The notes below the pieces were generated by a model. It was not told where the DNA came from. It was given only the letters and a program-made list of their open reading frames with translations, and made no database searches. Positions 51,800 to 64,000 of a stretch of DNA of 64,000 bases are shown piece after piece; position 1 is the first letter of the stretch; each line of letters begins with the position of its first letter. The position numbers and the translations under genes were made by a program. This stretch comes from Raillietiella orientalis (taxonomy: Eukaryota), in contig JAYWIR010000009.1 in the NCBI GenBank assembly GCA_036172245.1, positions 2,108,001-2,172,000 of the forward strand. Reading direction: 5' to 3'.

Positions 51800-54700
51800 T
51801 CTTCATGTAATGAAACAGATGCTCGCGATGGTGCAGGGCTTTTCTTGGGTTCACAGGCACGCTGTCCCCCGGGGACGCCTGTCGTTCGATGGTACCGTCG
51901 TCCCCTTCGAAGGGCTCAATCATCAAAAGGATCGACGAAAGTTGGCGGCGAAAATTCGGGATCAGTGAACCCGTCTGCACGGTGTACGTGTAGGGAAAGC
52001 CATCCTCCTGCTCTTTGTGCCCCGAGGGAGTGTTGCACTGCCCTGCCTTCCCGACATTTGATGGTTGAGGAATTCGTGATTTCGGAGTCAGGAACCGGGA
52101 ACGGTCTCGTTCGTTCCACTTCTTTTTAACGGTTCTCCTGGCCAACCACATGTTTGTGGCACGTGCTTCACTTTTTTCATTTTCACGATAAGCGTAGTTC
52201 CTTTTAACTGTAGTCCCACGTCAGAAACAGAGAACTGGGAAGGATGTAGTTTGGACCGGTTGCTCTCGGATCTGTGTTTTTTACATCAGTTTACAGAGCT
52301 GCTGAATTCCACTGAATTACGTTCACTGAATAGGTTTTGTCTTTCCCTCCCTCCCCCCTTCTCTGTCGAGATTACTGCTAACCCGTGTGAAAATTGGTTT
52401 GCATTCTTCTTTTCGATCATACAGTTCCAGAACCTTCTACTAGATGTCACGAGTGCAAACCGTGTTCCGAGAGCTTTTGAAAGCGTAGAGAGTCCCAAGC
52501 AGAATTCCATTCCTAGTAACTGCGAAGAAAAATGGGAATTTTCTTTCACATCTAAAAAACACACACAAAAAAAAGGAAAAGCGCTTACGGAGACTCTAAT
52601 TCATGGAATAGCATGCACGACTATGCAAAGCAAGTTCAAGGCAGTCCCCTAGCACGAAAGGTAATGAATGGCAACTGTCTTCTGGAAAAACAACGGAGCA
52701 ATCCGTGGACGCATGTCGATGTCCCGTAAAGACTGCAATGTTGAAAAACCAACAGCATTTCATAGCGGCTCTGCAAGATGCCTTTCTCTTGCACGATGAC
52801 CCGAGGTGCACACCAAGCCAAAAGCTCCGCTGGACTGGAGCGCCCCGGACTTGACCCCATCACACGTTCGTCTGTTTGCCCCAATTGGAAAATGGTGGGG
52901 GTGCACGAGGGTTTCGCTCTTGTCGAGTTTGAATCATTCTGGCGCACTTGGATCATGGATAAGTGCGCATAAGAGTTCAACGATGATGTCCGACCCCCAC
53001 GCCAACATAAATGCCAACATTTGCCACGTGCTCACTTGCTCAGGTAGTTTTTTACCAGGCACACAAGGACTTCCAGAACCTGACGTCTGCCATAGGGGAG
53101 GCGTGTTCCTGAATGTGCCTGGCCGAAGCTTCCTTGCATGCTAGAATGATGGGAGGGAACTTTAGATCTCTTTCCAAGAGCAAGCTTCCGTTCGCAATAT
53201 TCAACTGGAGCCCAAGAAATCTCCACTCTACAAAGATCAGTCGTCCAAAGGTGTTCGCTTCATCCTAAAGTATGCTCCGTTTTGAAATCATATCTCATCG
53301 AGCCACTTTACATACAACTACCTTATGCGTAATCAATTCTCAACATATCTATGTTATTTAAATACATTACATATATAATTTCTGATGAACAACTTTTCAT
53401 CAACCGAATTTCATGTTCCCGTTTTCTGCTCCCTGACGCGTGCTTCGCTACGAAGCGTTCTCATGATTGCAATTATTTTGGCATCTGATTAACCACCCCA
53501 AGATTCATCTCGGGTCGCTGGAGGCCCAACCACGTCTGCGGATCCACGCCTCAGGCGTGCTGCTTCAGATTCCCCCCTCCTATCTGCTGTTGCACCGCGT
53601 TCCATCTCGACGGTTGTCTCGTTGCCACGGGGTTTCCGCCCGCGTCCATCTTAGCTGGTTGATGCCCAGTCGTTGCAGGGTTTTGGATCCTTTGCATGAC
53701 AAAGCTTTGTGGACGGGACTTTGAAGGAAATGTTCAGGTACTTGAAAATAGGAGGATGAGAACTGATAAGCTCGGCTTGACCCTTCCCTTTGAAACATCT
53801 TAAAAAAAAGAAAAGAAGATTGGGAAGAAACCTCCAGAAATACTCTTGAAGGGAACAAGAATGTTCCAAGATGAAAAAACAACAGCAACTATCTTGATGA
53901 AACACCTGCCCAGTTTCCACCTATTTGATCGAATTGGAGGATCGCAAAGTCGAGCACGATCCATGGTCCACCTAAAATAAATGCCAGCTAATGAGAAATG
54001 CTCTCCGACGATAACGGCAATTCTACCAAAGATCCTCAAAGACATGAACAAGTTTCTGGGGAGCTGCATCCTCATCTATGGAGCAGTTCAATCAGAAATC
54101 CCTCCCCCCCCCCCCCCCCAAAAAAAAAAAAGAAGCCCCTACGCGAAAAACATGGTAACAGGCCAGGGACCCATAACAAGAGAACCGTGAACTTCCAGTG
54201 CACGAGGGGGGGGGCACGATTTATGACGAGGGGCGATTTCCATCACCTGCAATAGGAGATAAGAAGCGACTTCTCACATCTTGAAGTCCTCACCGGAAAA
54301 GAAGTCGGACTTATCGCCGAGCAGCAGAACCGCGGATCGTGAAGATTGCGTTTCGCCTATCTGCTGCTGGACCCGGGTCGATTCGGGATTCCCTCTCAAG
54401 GAAAAAAGGCGTGAAGGCGAAGGATGGAATGTGGAAAAGAATGCCACAAAGTGGCGTTTCTGCACCGGCAAAGGCGGCAACGAATTGCAAACGAATGTTC
54501 GGAGGTACGGAGGCATCTCCTGGGAGGCGAAGGTGCTCCACCATGGCAACGGAGCAGGTCGGAATCCCGAGCGGAGGAGCGAAACCCTGAAAGATCATAT
54601 TCTACCAAGATTAACGCGCAAATTTATTTTAATGGGCACAGTTATTCCTACCCATAAACATACGTATTATTAACGGTAATATTGTTGCGACAGATATTTT

Positions 54701-57000
54701 TATTAAGGCAGAGTGACATACATTTCATTAATATAACATAATTAATAGGTTCTTGATTACAATATTGATGTATATATACATTTTTATATATAATATTATA
54801 AAACATTAATATATGTGCTAATTATAGTTACACTAATATTGATATATGATATAAATATGTATATAAATGTATAAATACACACACACACACACTATCTATC
54901 TATATATATTTATGAGCATAAATAGATATATCGCATACATAATAAGCATGTCTATTTATTTTTTATAATATCCATGATATATACTAACATTAATCCATAT
55001 GTCCATCTTTATATAAATATGTGTTTGAAAACATACAATAAGCACATGTATTCTTTTTTTATTAGCCTTCATATATGTATCTATCTATCTATGATGTACT
55101 CAAAAACGCGCTAATTTTGTAACTGAAATACATATCACTATAATACATGTCATTGTGAAATATGTATCGCATGGAATATTTTGTTAATAAAATGTTTGTC
55201 ACTGAATACGAATGACTATGTATGTAGAATCCATGTGTATAGAATGAGTTCCATGTGTTCATTTTTCATGGTTTTGGGGGATTTTGATCGTTCGGTACTT
55301 TGGAGCAGACCCTCAGGGAAGCTTCCCCAAAGCACACCTTGGAGGCAGAGGCGGCGAATTCTGACCTGACCTGACGCGACATCGCATATTTAGGAAAACA
55401 AAGGTGACGAGTGGAAATTACAGGAAGCGGTTCACGGGAATTCAAAGGGAAAAAGGAAATGAGCAAGAATCTACTGGGTTTCCAATACCGGATTAGCAGC
55501 AAAGTTTCCACATTATATTCCCGCATCACGGATTCGAAATGCACATCCCGCATTAATCTTTGCTTTGTTCTTTCCTTATGCGGCTTCCTTCAGCAGATTC
55601 ATGAGTGGACAGTGTGGAATCGCCAAGTGCTCGACATGTTAGCCGTATCACCATCATCACGAAGCACGTTAGAGGTCTGTGAAGACTGGATTCACCACCG
55701 CTGGGTGAACGAGGGATTCGTCCCCTCCGACCCTGTTCGCGAACCAGCTTAATCCTCTTCCGGACAGCTCACTTGGAAACGACCAGATCAGCAGCCACCT
55801 GGGGCATTCCTATGCCCAGGACGCCGCCCGCTAGCCCAGCTGGAGGAACCGCGGAGGAGCCGAGGTGACTGAGGTACCTCCACCACCTCCGGATGCCGGC
55901 CTGCCGTCATCCTCCAAGCATGGCTCGGAGCTGCCTTGCCAGAAGGAAGAAGATGAAATTCCAGCCCAGGATGATCGGAGTCTGCGGACGGCACTCCACC
56001 TCTCCTCCTTGCTGGAGGCAGCGGGCGCTCGTCGAGGAGAAAGGGATCTGGAGACCCTTCCATCCCAGGCAGACCACCGATGGAACGAAGGGGACACTTT
56101 CAGCTAGCCGCCCCCAGAATGGCCATCCTAGGTCCGCTGGCGACCAAGTTGCACGCGTGATAGGTGCGCACATCTCGTTCCTGGATGGCGGAGTCCTGAA
56201 TGAGTTGTCAGTCTACAGACTCGAGCGAACACGCATGCGTCAGAAGCTTCGGTGTCAACACCGGTCCTCCCACGTCCTCAATGTCTCCGGATGGTGCTCA
56301 CAGAGAAGGATGGGCATTCTTTTGGAGGAACGTTTCGGGCATCCCTCGATCCCATCCCTTTCATCGTCAGCCGCCCCTTTCCTGGTGCTTCCTTCCGTTT
56401 CCCCCACGAAGGAGCTCGTATTGCAAGCCATAGTCGGAGAAATGGCCACAAAGTGCGTTGCGTTGCTCTGGAGACGCGGCTAGCTCAAAGCATCATTCAA
56501 GGCTCTCGAAAGTGTCCCGTTGGGTCCATCGGCCAGCTCCTTTGTTCTTTCAGGGGTTCTCGACAGCTTCGTCGTATCTGGCGATCGTCTCCTGGTCTTC
56601 ACACAGTCCACCTGGAGGATTCCCAAGACCGCGAGGGTGGACTCCTCCGCTCTGGACGTCTCCCCTTCGCTTCTCAGAGTTCCTCTGCGTGACGTGGGTC
56701 CGGATGAGCGCGGAAGTCCCGCAAAAGAGCTGCTCGTGCATGCCAGACCACCGTATCGTGCACAATGCCGGTTGAGGTCGGCGAGAAGAAGGCGAAGGCA
56801 AATGTGGCTCAGTGGCACGGATCGCTTCTGGCAAGATGCGGCAACTCACGAATCACCTCCGTCGCAGCTGAAGACGCTCTTGGCGCCGTCTTGCGCGAAT
56901 GCAGCTGCACGGCGGCAACGCAGTCTGACTCGCGTTTGCTGAAGCCGAAGTGGACTCGGTCTATGGACTGCACCAGTGCACCGGCAACGGAAAGGTCATC
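51800..57000 (-). mobile_element. Degenerate R2/NeSL-like retrotransposon sequence(s), interrupted by foldback copy E
   Basis: Minus strand shows N-terminal Cys-rich and Myb-like remnants (TSRAEESTLAVL, ~56620-56660), then RT remnants PWPVT, HKALS..LQRLGI, MLAWGSDIIV (YADD-like) and NSTRAK. Confidence 0.5.
54562..55295. mobile_element. Foldback-like inverted-repeat element, copy E
   Basis: Left gaatcccgagcgg..cgaaaccctgaaagatcat. Right end reverse-complements to ccgaacgatcaaaatcccccaaaaccatgaaaaatgaac. Subrepeats at ~54790-54830 and ~54935-54975 are inverted. Retains a CpG-intact arm motif agattaacgcgcaaatttatttt at 54608. Confidence 0.8.
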
Positions 57001-57429
57001 GAGGAGGCCGACTGCTGTGCCCTTTCTGCTTCGCAAACCATTTCATCATACCGGATATTTTTTTTCCCGAGAATTCTTCTGGACAGTCGGCGCATTGCTC
57101 ATTTGGAAACACGCGCCAAAGATTGCACTTGCGACGGATAATTCGAGAGGTCAGAGTTCTTCTTGGTGGTAAGAGGTTCAACTTGCTTGACTGTGGCAAG
57201 AGTTGCACCGTGAGCAAAGTTTGTTTGCTTTGTTTGTTTTGAAATGCACGAAACAACTGCTGAGCTGCTGCCGTTCAAAAACGAACGCATCTCATATAAC
57301 ACGTGCATGCATTGCTTTGGAATCGTTTTCTTCCATCTGCAACACGGGGAGGCAGCTGCTTACTTTCGAGACGAGAACGGTTCGATCTACTTGAGAGAAT
57401 TCCGCTGGGCAGCGCGCAAGAAAACCAAT

Positions 57430-60400
57430 GACCCACTTCAGTTGGAAAATCAACGCATCCACGAACATCCTCTGCTTTCTTTGTTTTGGTCTGAGACGAC
57501 AGACGTGGATCTTGTGAGCGGTGGGAGGACTTCATCTGCTCATGAAAAAAGGTGGTCCCCCGTTCTGTCAATCGTGGGCCCTTTGGTTCCAGATATCCCG
57601 CAAGTGTTTGGGCCAGGTTTCCGAATGGCCACCGGAAGCCTCCAGCTGATTGCGATCTGGATTCTTGAACGAGGCTGTAGGCTCTTCGTACCCCGCCCGG
57701 GGAAGGATCGGTTCCAAGAAATGGGGGGAGGAGGGTGAGTCGTGGGTTTCCAGCCCCTCTCCCGGAGGATGGCGCTGGTTGACCTACATTCAGGTGCCCC
57801 GGTCGACTGGCCGAAAGTCGATCCTCCGCGATCCTCCCTTCTAGGAAGCGAGGAACTCCGCTTCCCTACGGAAATTCAGGAGCGGATATTTCTCAGGTTC
57901 CCTTCGGAGATGCCACCCGGATACGCCGGGACCTTTATTAAAACTTTCCTATGGTCAACAACATACGTGGTACCAGGTCCCACTAACGGCCACGCAACAA
58001 CGGACCTGCCGGGACGCCGGGACGCAGCCCGGCGTGACTCTCCTCGGCAGTGGAGGGTTATGAGGATGAAAGCAAAAATAAAAAATAAATTAAGAAAAAA
58101 AAACAAAAAGAGTTCCTGGATTCCTCTCCGAAGGGACTCGATCTGGACTCGGCTCATCCCGAGTCCAGATCTCTCTGGAGTGAATAAAGAAGTGGTTCTC
58201 TTCGGGGTTCCCTCCCAAGCATGCCAGGAACTGGCTACTTCTTCGAGGGGTTTAGTAGGGATTCGTAGGGTGGTTCCCTCCCGGGGTTCTCGAGACTCGA
58301 CACGCACCCTCAGGTGGCGTGGAAAGTGTCAGGGAGCTTCGCGAGTTACTAGGCGGACGGTTCTTAAGCACTTGGCGAACCTCCCCTTAAAAAAAAAAGC
58401 TGGAAGAAAAGCTGAGAAGCAGGAGAACCCACGAGGAACCATTGGTAATCATTCCAGGAATCCCGACGCCTGGCAGAATACAGAAGTGGGGGCTGAGAGG
58501 AAGGTCTGACAATCCGGGTAGGCGATTTTTACTCCTTGTACGAGAGGACTTCCCCAGGACGCGACTTTGTGCAGCGTTTGCTGCCAGGGTGCGCACCAAT
58601 GTTCGAGGAGGAGGAACGGAGAAACCTTAAAGAGCCCTTCACGAGGTGGAGGTCATCTTCGCCATCGGGAAGCTCAAGAGGCGGGAAGCCTCAGGAGAGG
58701 ACATCTTGCCTGCGGAGTTCCACCGAGACTTCGCGGCAGAGGTGGCTCCCCCCTGGTGCATCGGCTATGTGCGCTGATCCGTGAACGGGACGAAGCTCCG
58801 CCTCGTTCCGGTCAGCAAGAGGACGTCTCCTGCCCAAGACAGGAGAACTGCGCAACGTTGGCAACTGGCGTCACGTCAAAGTGGTGAGCGCGAACGCCAA
58901 GCTGGTCGCCAAACTGCGAGCAGAGGGACTGGAACGGGTGGCCGAATCCGTGATCAGTTCGGAGCAGACGTACGCTGTTCCCGGACGAACCATGGAGGCC
59001 AACCTGTTCTTCGCGAGCACATGGTAGCAGTTGCTACAGAGGGTTACGAGAATCCCGGATTCTATTCTGACCAGAGAGGGGACGGCTACCAATGATCAGA
59101 CGCGCCTGGAGCCCTTGCGGTCTCATTCGACTTGCATAAAGCATTCGACTGCGTCGACCAGAGGCTCTTGCTGGAGCTTCTGGAACGCTTGGGCTTCCCG
59201 GCATCATTATTGGCCTATCTGCGCTCCAGCTGGCGCGACGCGCTTATTAATGTCTTTTTCAGCGGGCATACCGTGTACGGCGTTCCCGTTCCCCGCGCCA
59301 TAAGGCAGGGTGATATCCTGAGCCCCTGCTCTTCAGCATCTACTTTGAGTTGGTGCTGGGAGTATACAGGGAGCTCGTGTCCCAGCACGCCCACCGTGTC
59401 GGGTTATGCAGACGATCTTCTTCTCCTACTCCCCATGTCCATCCCGGCGTCTGCACTCGAGCGCTTCTTCGAGTTGCTCAGCCGCGTGACCGGACTTGAG
59501 GTGAACAGGGCGAAGTCGTCCATAGTGCCTGTCGGTGCAACGTGAGCCTGATGGTTCGGGCTGGATCCGCCCGGGCGGGTACTTCAAATACCTTGACACT
59601 CCCTTGGGGGACTTCTGCGTAGCAGAGGCCTGGTCTGAACGTTTCCAAAAGGTAGAGACTGGAATCGGTTTTCAAGGTTCGACCCGTTTCGGAACGGCAA
59701 GTGTTGCTTGCCGGAACGGGCCGCAGTGTGCAACTCTTTTGAGGCTCTACTTCTCTGCCACCTGCTTTTTATTTGCCCCACCGCACCTGACATCAGGAAA
59801 GGAACCGAGGACCTTCCTCAGAAGGTCCTTTAGGGCACAAAAAGGTCCCAGGTTCGTTTAAAAGACTTTTGTGCTCCGCGTAAGAATGGAGGACTGGGTC
59901 TCCTTATGCTGGAGAGGATGGAGCGTCAGCTCCAACTAAGAAGATCCCTCTCGTGCTGAGATAATGGACCACGCCCTGGTGCACACCAGTACGGCTCCTC
60001 CCAAAGAGCACAATCGTCTGAGAGGGACTCACATCCCTCCTCGTCGCTCGCAAGAGGCTGCTAAGGCGTTGCTGATGCCAACTCCGCAAGGTGGTTGCCT
60101 TGGTGGAGGAAAACACCTGGATCTCCTGCCTCCCTGCGAATTGCACTGCCTGGATTCAGTAGTTGGTCCAATCTTTGACTGGAGAAAGATCTGCGGCGCG
60201 ATCAAAGAGAGGTACGTCTGCCTGCGACGAGGCATCAGTACTCTCAAGCCCTTGGAGGAGATCGTCCGCAACCCACGGAAGAAGCGGTGGGTCTCGTCTA
60301 CCTCTTTGTCCCAGTGCTTCCCTCTCCTCAGGGATGCAAGGGACAGCGAAATCCCAGAAAGGTGGGAAATGACGGACGCTGAGACCCCTAGTGCTCTACC

Positions 60401-61190
60401 TCACGGACTAGGGAGAGCTGCTCACAATCCCTCCGGAGGAGGTGAAGTGGCCCCCAGCGTGCTGGAGCAGTGGTACCCTCCCCCTCGAGAGGCAAAGTAA
60501 AAGTTGCCGGTGCTGCATGAAGTGATCCCGTGAAAAGCACGCCTTCACCACTGGACACGGGAAGGGAGAGCGTGAACGCTCGGGACGCAGCATGTGCGAG
60601 AAGGAGACCCTCCTACACCTGCTGTTGGACTGTGCTGACCCCGATCCCTTTGGGATCGCCTCGTGTCGACCCTAGGATCCCCGATGGACGGCCCCAGGGG
60701 CATTTTCAGACCCTTCTTCTTCGAGTGCGGCTCCGCACTGCTTCCAGCCGCGGTTCTCGCAGTCCTCTGTCTTCGCGGAATCGTGGTGCGGCGTGGGAGA
60801 CCAGAAGAAGAGGCTGAAATGTCAGGGACTCTATCCACCGGGCACGGATCTTCCTGAGGACCGCCTCGAGATGGCCCCACCTCGGCGCGACACGGACAGA
60901 ACTTGCTGGTATCATCAATAGGATGCAGAGGACTCCTGGCAGCGTACTGTGATCATTTCCTCGGTCCCCCTCCTCCCGCTTTCCGTGTACAATTTCCCCT
61001 CCCCTGTTTTGTTTGCTTATTTTTCTTATTTTGTTTTCCCCTCCCTCACGCTGCCGAAGCGGACCTCGCCAGTCCGTGTGCCGTTCTTCGGCAGGTTCCA
61101 AGCACGTGACAGAACCAACGGTTCCACCACAGCGATGCATTCTTACTTTGGCTTTACGTAAGAAATGCCCCGGCAAGACTGGGCGATGAT
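57430..61190 (+). mobile_element. Tx1/L1-clade LINE ORF2 plus 3' UTR, degenerate
   Basis: NWRHVKVVSANAKLVAK..VISSEQTYAVPGRT, DLHKAFDCVD..LERLGF, RAIRQGDILSP, GYADDLLL, TGLEVNRAKS, FKYL, PRKNGGLGL, then VLHEVIP..CEKETLLHLLLDC (zf-RVT). Frameshifts and stops present. Weak APE remnants upstream. Confidence 0.88.
58840..59545 (+). pseudogene. Reverse transcriptase core (frameshifted) of the Tx1/L1-like LINE
   Basis: ORF 59132..59545 carries KAFD, RQGDILSP and YADD. The earlier RT motifs lie in the upstream segment ending at a stop. Confidence 0.9.
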
Positions 61191-61199
61191 CGTCATCTT

Positions 61200-64000
61200 C
61201 CTCCATTTCTCATTCACGAGTACTCTAGACGTACAAAGTCCGGCGTTGCTAGGGTGTGGCCCAGAGCAGTAAGCGACGGCGTCCAAGGGCTACAAGGATC
61301 CGCCTGTTTGTCTATTCGGCGTGGATTCTCCTCCTCAAAGGGAACTCAGAAACAAGACTGCGGTGAGTAGGATGCTCGCGAGAAATCCTGACCACTGGGA
61401 GGCGGTCACCTCCTCGTGGGCGGGGCCTCAAAGACATCGGAGGTTGTTAGTTGTGTGTTCGGTGGCGCCCTTGCTGGGTTATTTCTCGCAGAAGGGTCGC
61501 TCGTATCAGGTGAACTGTTCCGTGAGGCGCGCTGTTCCGAAATCACGCGATTCCAGGGTCATGCGCCGTGAACTCGTGCGCGTTAAGGAGGAAGGAAGAG
61601 GGAAAGGAATCTAACCTTTGACCGGCGCCCCAGCTGAAGACTACGGAGCCCACTCCAGCGAGCAGCCAAGGGGAGCACGGGGCTTGTAGACATGAGAATG
61701 GCGGAGGAGCGACAAGGGCGCCGGAGCGAGAATGGAGGTCCCCACGGAACAAGAAGCACGGAGCCGAGTCCACGTGAGCTTAAGCGCGCCTCTCAGTTCT
61801 TGGTATGTGGGAGACCGCCTGCGGCTCCTTCTGATTTCTTCCGTGCCCCGAACAGGACGAATGACACGCGAGAGATGCCCATTTCCAGGCTCGCCCCGCT
61901 TTCTCGGCCAGTTGCCCCGGGCTGTGGGCCGCGCACCTGCGGCGACTCCTGAGACGGCTTGCAGACGCTCCGGCGCCGGGAGTCGGGCGGCAAGATGGCT
62001 CACAGGCGGCGAGGCACCCCTTTCTGATTGGACGCCCTTCCTCAGGTGGGCTCCTCGGTTTGTCAGCGGTCGCCCATTGGCACGAGGCAGCAGGTGAGCG
62101 GCCGACGCGCGCGCCGGGAGATCCGCCGAGCAGAGAGAGCGCCGCGCCGAGCTGATGTCACCGAGCATCGCCTCCGGGGCTCCGGATTCTTCCCGATAGG
62201 TCGTTCCTTTTCCATTCCTCTAGGAGGCGGGAAGCTTTCTTCTTCGTCTGGGAGGAGGGCGGGTGCTTCCGGGATCGCGAGGAGCTCCCCTCGGGGAGAA
62301 AGGCGGACCCGGCAGACCCTGCTTCTGAGAGTGGGAGTGGGGTCGTCGAGTGTGGACCCATCCCAGCCCTCCGATTTTGGGGCGCCCTGCCCCTGCGGTC
62401 GCGTTCCGGAAGCCTTGCCCAAACAGGGCAGCGCCCGCGCGCAGCCTCGTGGGGCTTCTGTGGTCCGCTTCGCCGTAGCCACCCTGCATCTCGGGCAGCG
62501 CTTTGGGTCCTCCTCACGTGGACCATTGGCGTGCGGAACTTCAGGCGTCCCCTGAGAGAGCACCGCTCGCGTGCGCGCTCTCATGTGACCACTCCCGCTG
62601 CGTCGGCGCATCCTCCGGAACGGTAGCAAGGATGGTCTGAGGGGACTTCGAGCTCCCGAGGACACATCCTGCTCGCTCTAAGGGCCCCAGGCGATTTTTC
62701 TTGGGAGAGGCAGAAAAGGAAAGGGAAATCTTGTCCTCCAGGGTGGACTGAAATGAGGGTCCAACGGCCGCACGGGGATAAAGGCAGCCGAGTCTCCGCA
62801 GGAAAGGAAACTCTCTGTTGAGGTTTCAGAAACAAGAGTGCTACCTCTTTGGGGCTGTAGCGCTCCAAAGAGACAGCAGGTGGTGCTTTCGGATGGGTAC
62901 TGATTCTTGCAGGGAGTCCTCTGTTTCCTCCACCCCTTCTTCCTTATTTTCTGTTTTTCCCTCCCCATTTCTCTGTCTTCCCAGTTCCCTCACCTCCCTC
63001 AACTTCCCCCTTCGAAATCCTCCGCAGAGACTCAGAACGGCGGAGAGAGGTCACCAGGCCGGGGCATCGCGACGTGGGCGACTTGGCGCGAGCAGAAAGG
63101 TTGCGTGGGGGAGGCAAGGATTCTCATTCGCCCTCGCCGAACCCAGATGGTTCCCGTTTCCTGGCTGGAGTCTCGTCCTCAGCGCCGCCCTTCGCAGTTC
63201 GGAGGTTTGCGGGCGCCGCGGGAAGTTCGCTCGTTCTCTCGCCCTTTCCGGGCAACAGGTGTGGAGTCCGGGCGCCGTCGTGCTCCCGTGAAACTCCCTT
63301 TCCTCGTTCCCAAACACCTGACGGGATTGCGCAGGCGGCTTGCGGAGTTTTCCTTCCCCTCTCGACCTCGCGGGGTTGCTCCCGGTCCCGCTCAGTTTCC
63401 CGCCGCAGGTCTCGGATCGGGTTCGATTCGCTTCCCGGTTTTTCCTCCCGGCGGAAGGGAGTTGAGCGAGCTCTCGGTCCAAAGCAACTCCTCGGGCGCG
63501 CTGCTCCTCCTCGAGCGGGCGACTGGAAGACGCAGGCACGCGGCTGGCTGTAGCAGCTGACGCGCTCCCGGCGAAAACGCGCCGCGCGAGCCGAGCCTCG
63601 TGCTGAGGGTTCGCCCCCGGGAATCACGCGGGAGTGTGGACTCTCTCCGGCGGCGACGTTTCCAGTTGGATACGCGCGTGGTCTTTTGCTCGCGGAGGTG
63701 CCTTCTCATTAGTCATCCCGAACGTGCCTGAGTCCATTCTCCTGGAAGAGTCCCCATTGTGCTTCTGTGACCGCGAAGATAGAGTCCCGGGAGAAAGCGC
63801 TCCCCGAAAATGTCCTGGCACGCGCCTAAGAGTTCGTTCAAACTGGTCTTCCCCCTCCTCCGGTCTCGGAGGGGAAGGAGGGGGGATAGGAGAACGCGAA
63901 TCGGCGTTGCCAGAGCAACGGATTCCTTTCTGTGAAAGGTTTCTCCGAGAAGCACCAAGAATGATCCCGTGCTTCCCAGCTCGAAGATCTCCTTCCCAAC
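61200..64000 (-). mobile_element. 5' part of another Tx1/L1-like LINE (ORF1-like region and start of AP endonuclease)
   Basis: Very GC-rich. RCPRC..GEADH zinc-knuckle remnant at ~62450-62500. LLNAHE, LLRE and GRI remnants at 61300-61600 resemble the APE N-terminus. Confidence 0.45.

Noticed and set aside
61641..63958. Many overlapping Arg/Pro/Gly-rich ORFs
   Set aside because: Expected by chance in very GC-rich sequence and better explained as a decayed LINE 5' region.
1..64000. CRISPR arrays, rRNA, tRNA, SL RNA or prokaryotic operons
   Set aside because: No repeat-spacer periodicity or recognisable RNA-gene sequence seen, and the DNA is intron-containing eukaryotic sequence.

Overview
Eukaryotic (animal) genomic DNA with very short introns. 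Two intact spliced genes can be fully reconstructed: a KLHDC1/2-family Kelch/BC-box protein (minus, 7 exons, 411 aa) and a protein kinase D (plus, 9 exons, 766 aa). Most introns are 37-72 nt, which suggests a compact invertebrate genome, possibly a nematode (inference). About 2.7-16.7 kb holds CpG-depleted exon/intron-like sequence with in-frame stops, probably decayed genes. About 22.7-45 kb and 51.8-64 kb are GC- and CpG-rich graveyards of degenerate non-LTR retrotransposons (RLE-bearing R2/NeSL-like and APE-bearing Tx1/L1-like), with a nested hAT-type MITE. The most striking signal is five AT-rich islands that are copies of one foldback (long inverted-repeat) element. Their paired arms differ almost only by C/T and G/A transitions and appear to have been driven from CG to TA, while termini, central spacer and neighbouring retroelements keep CpG. 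This resembles a RIP-like, pairing-dependent hypermutation in an animal genome (inference, needs testing).
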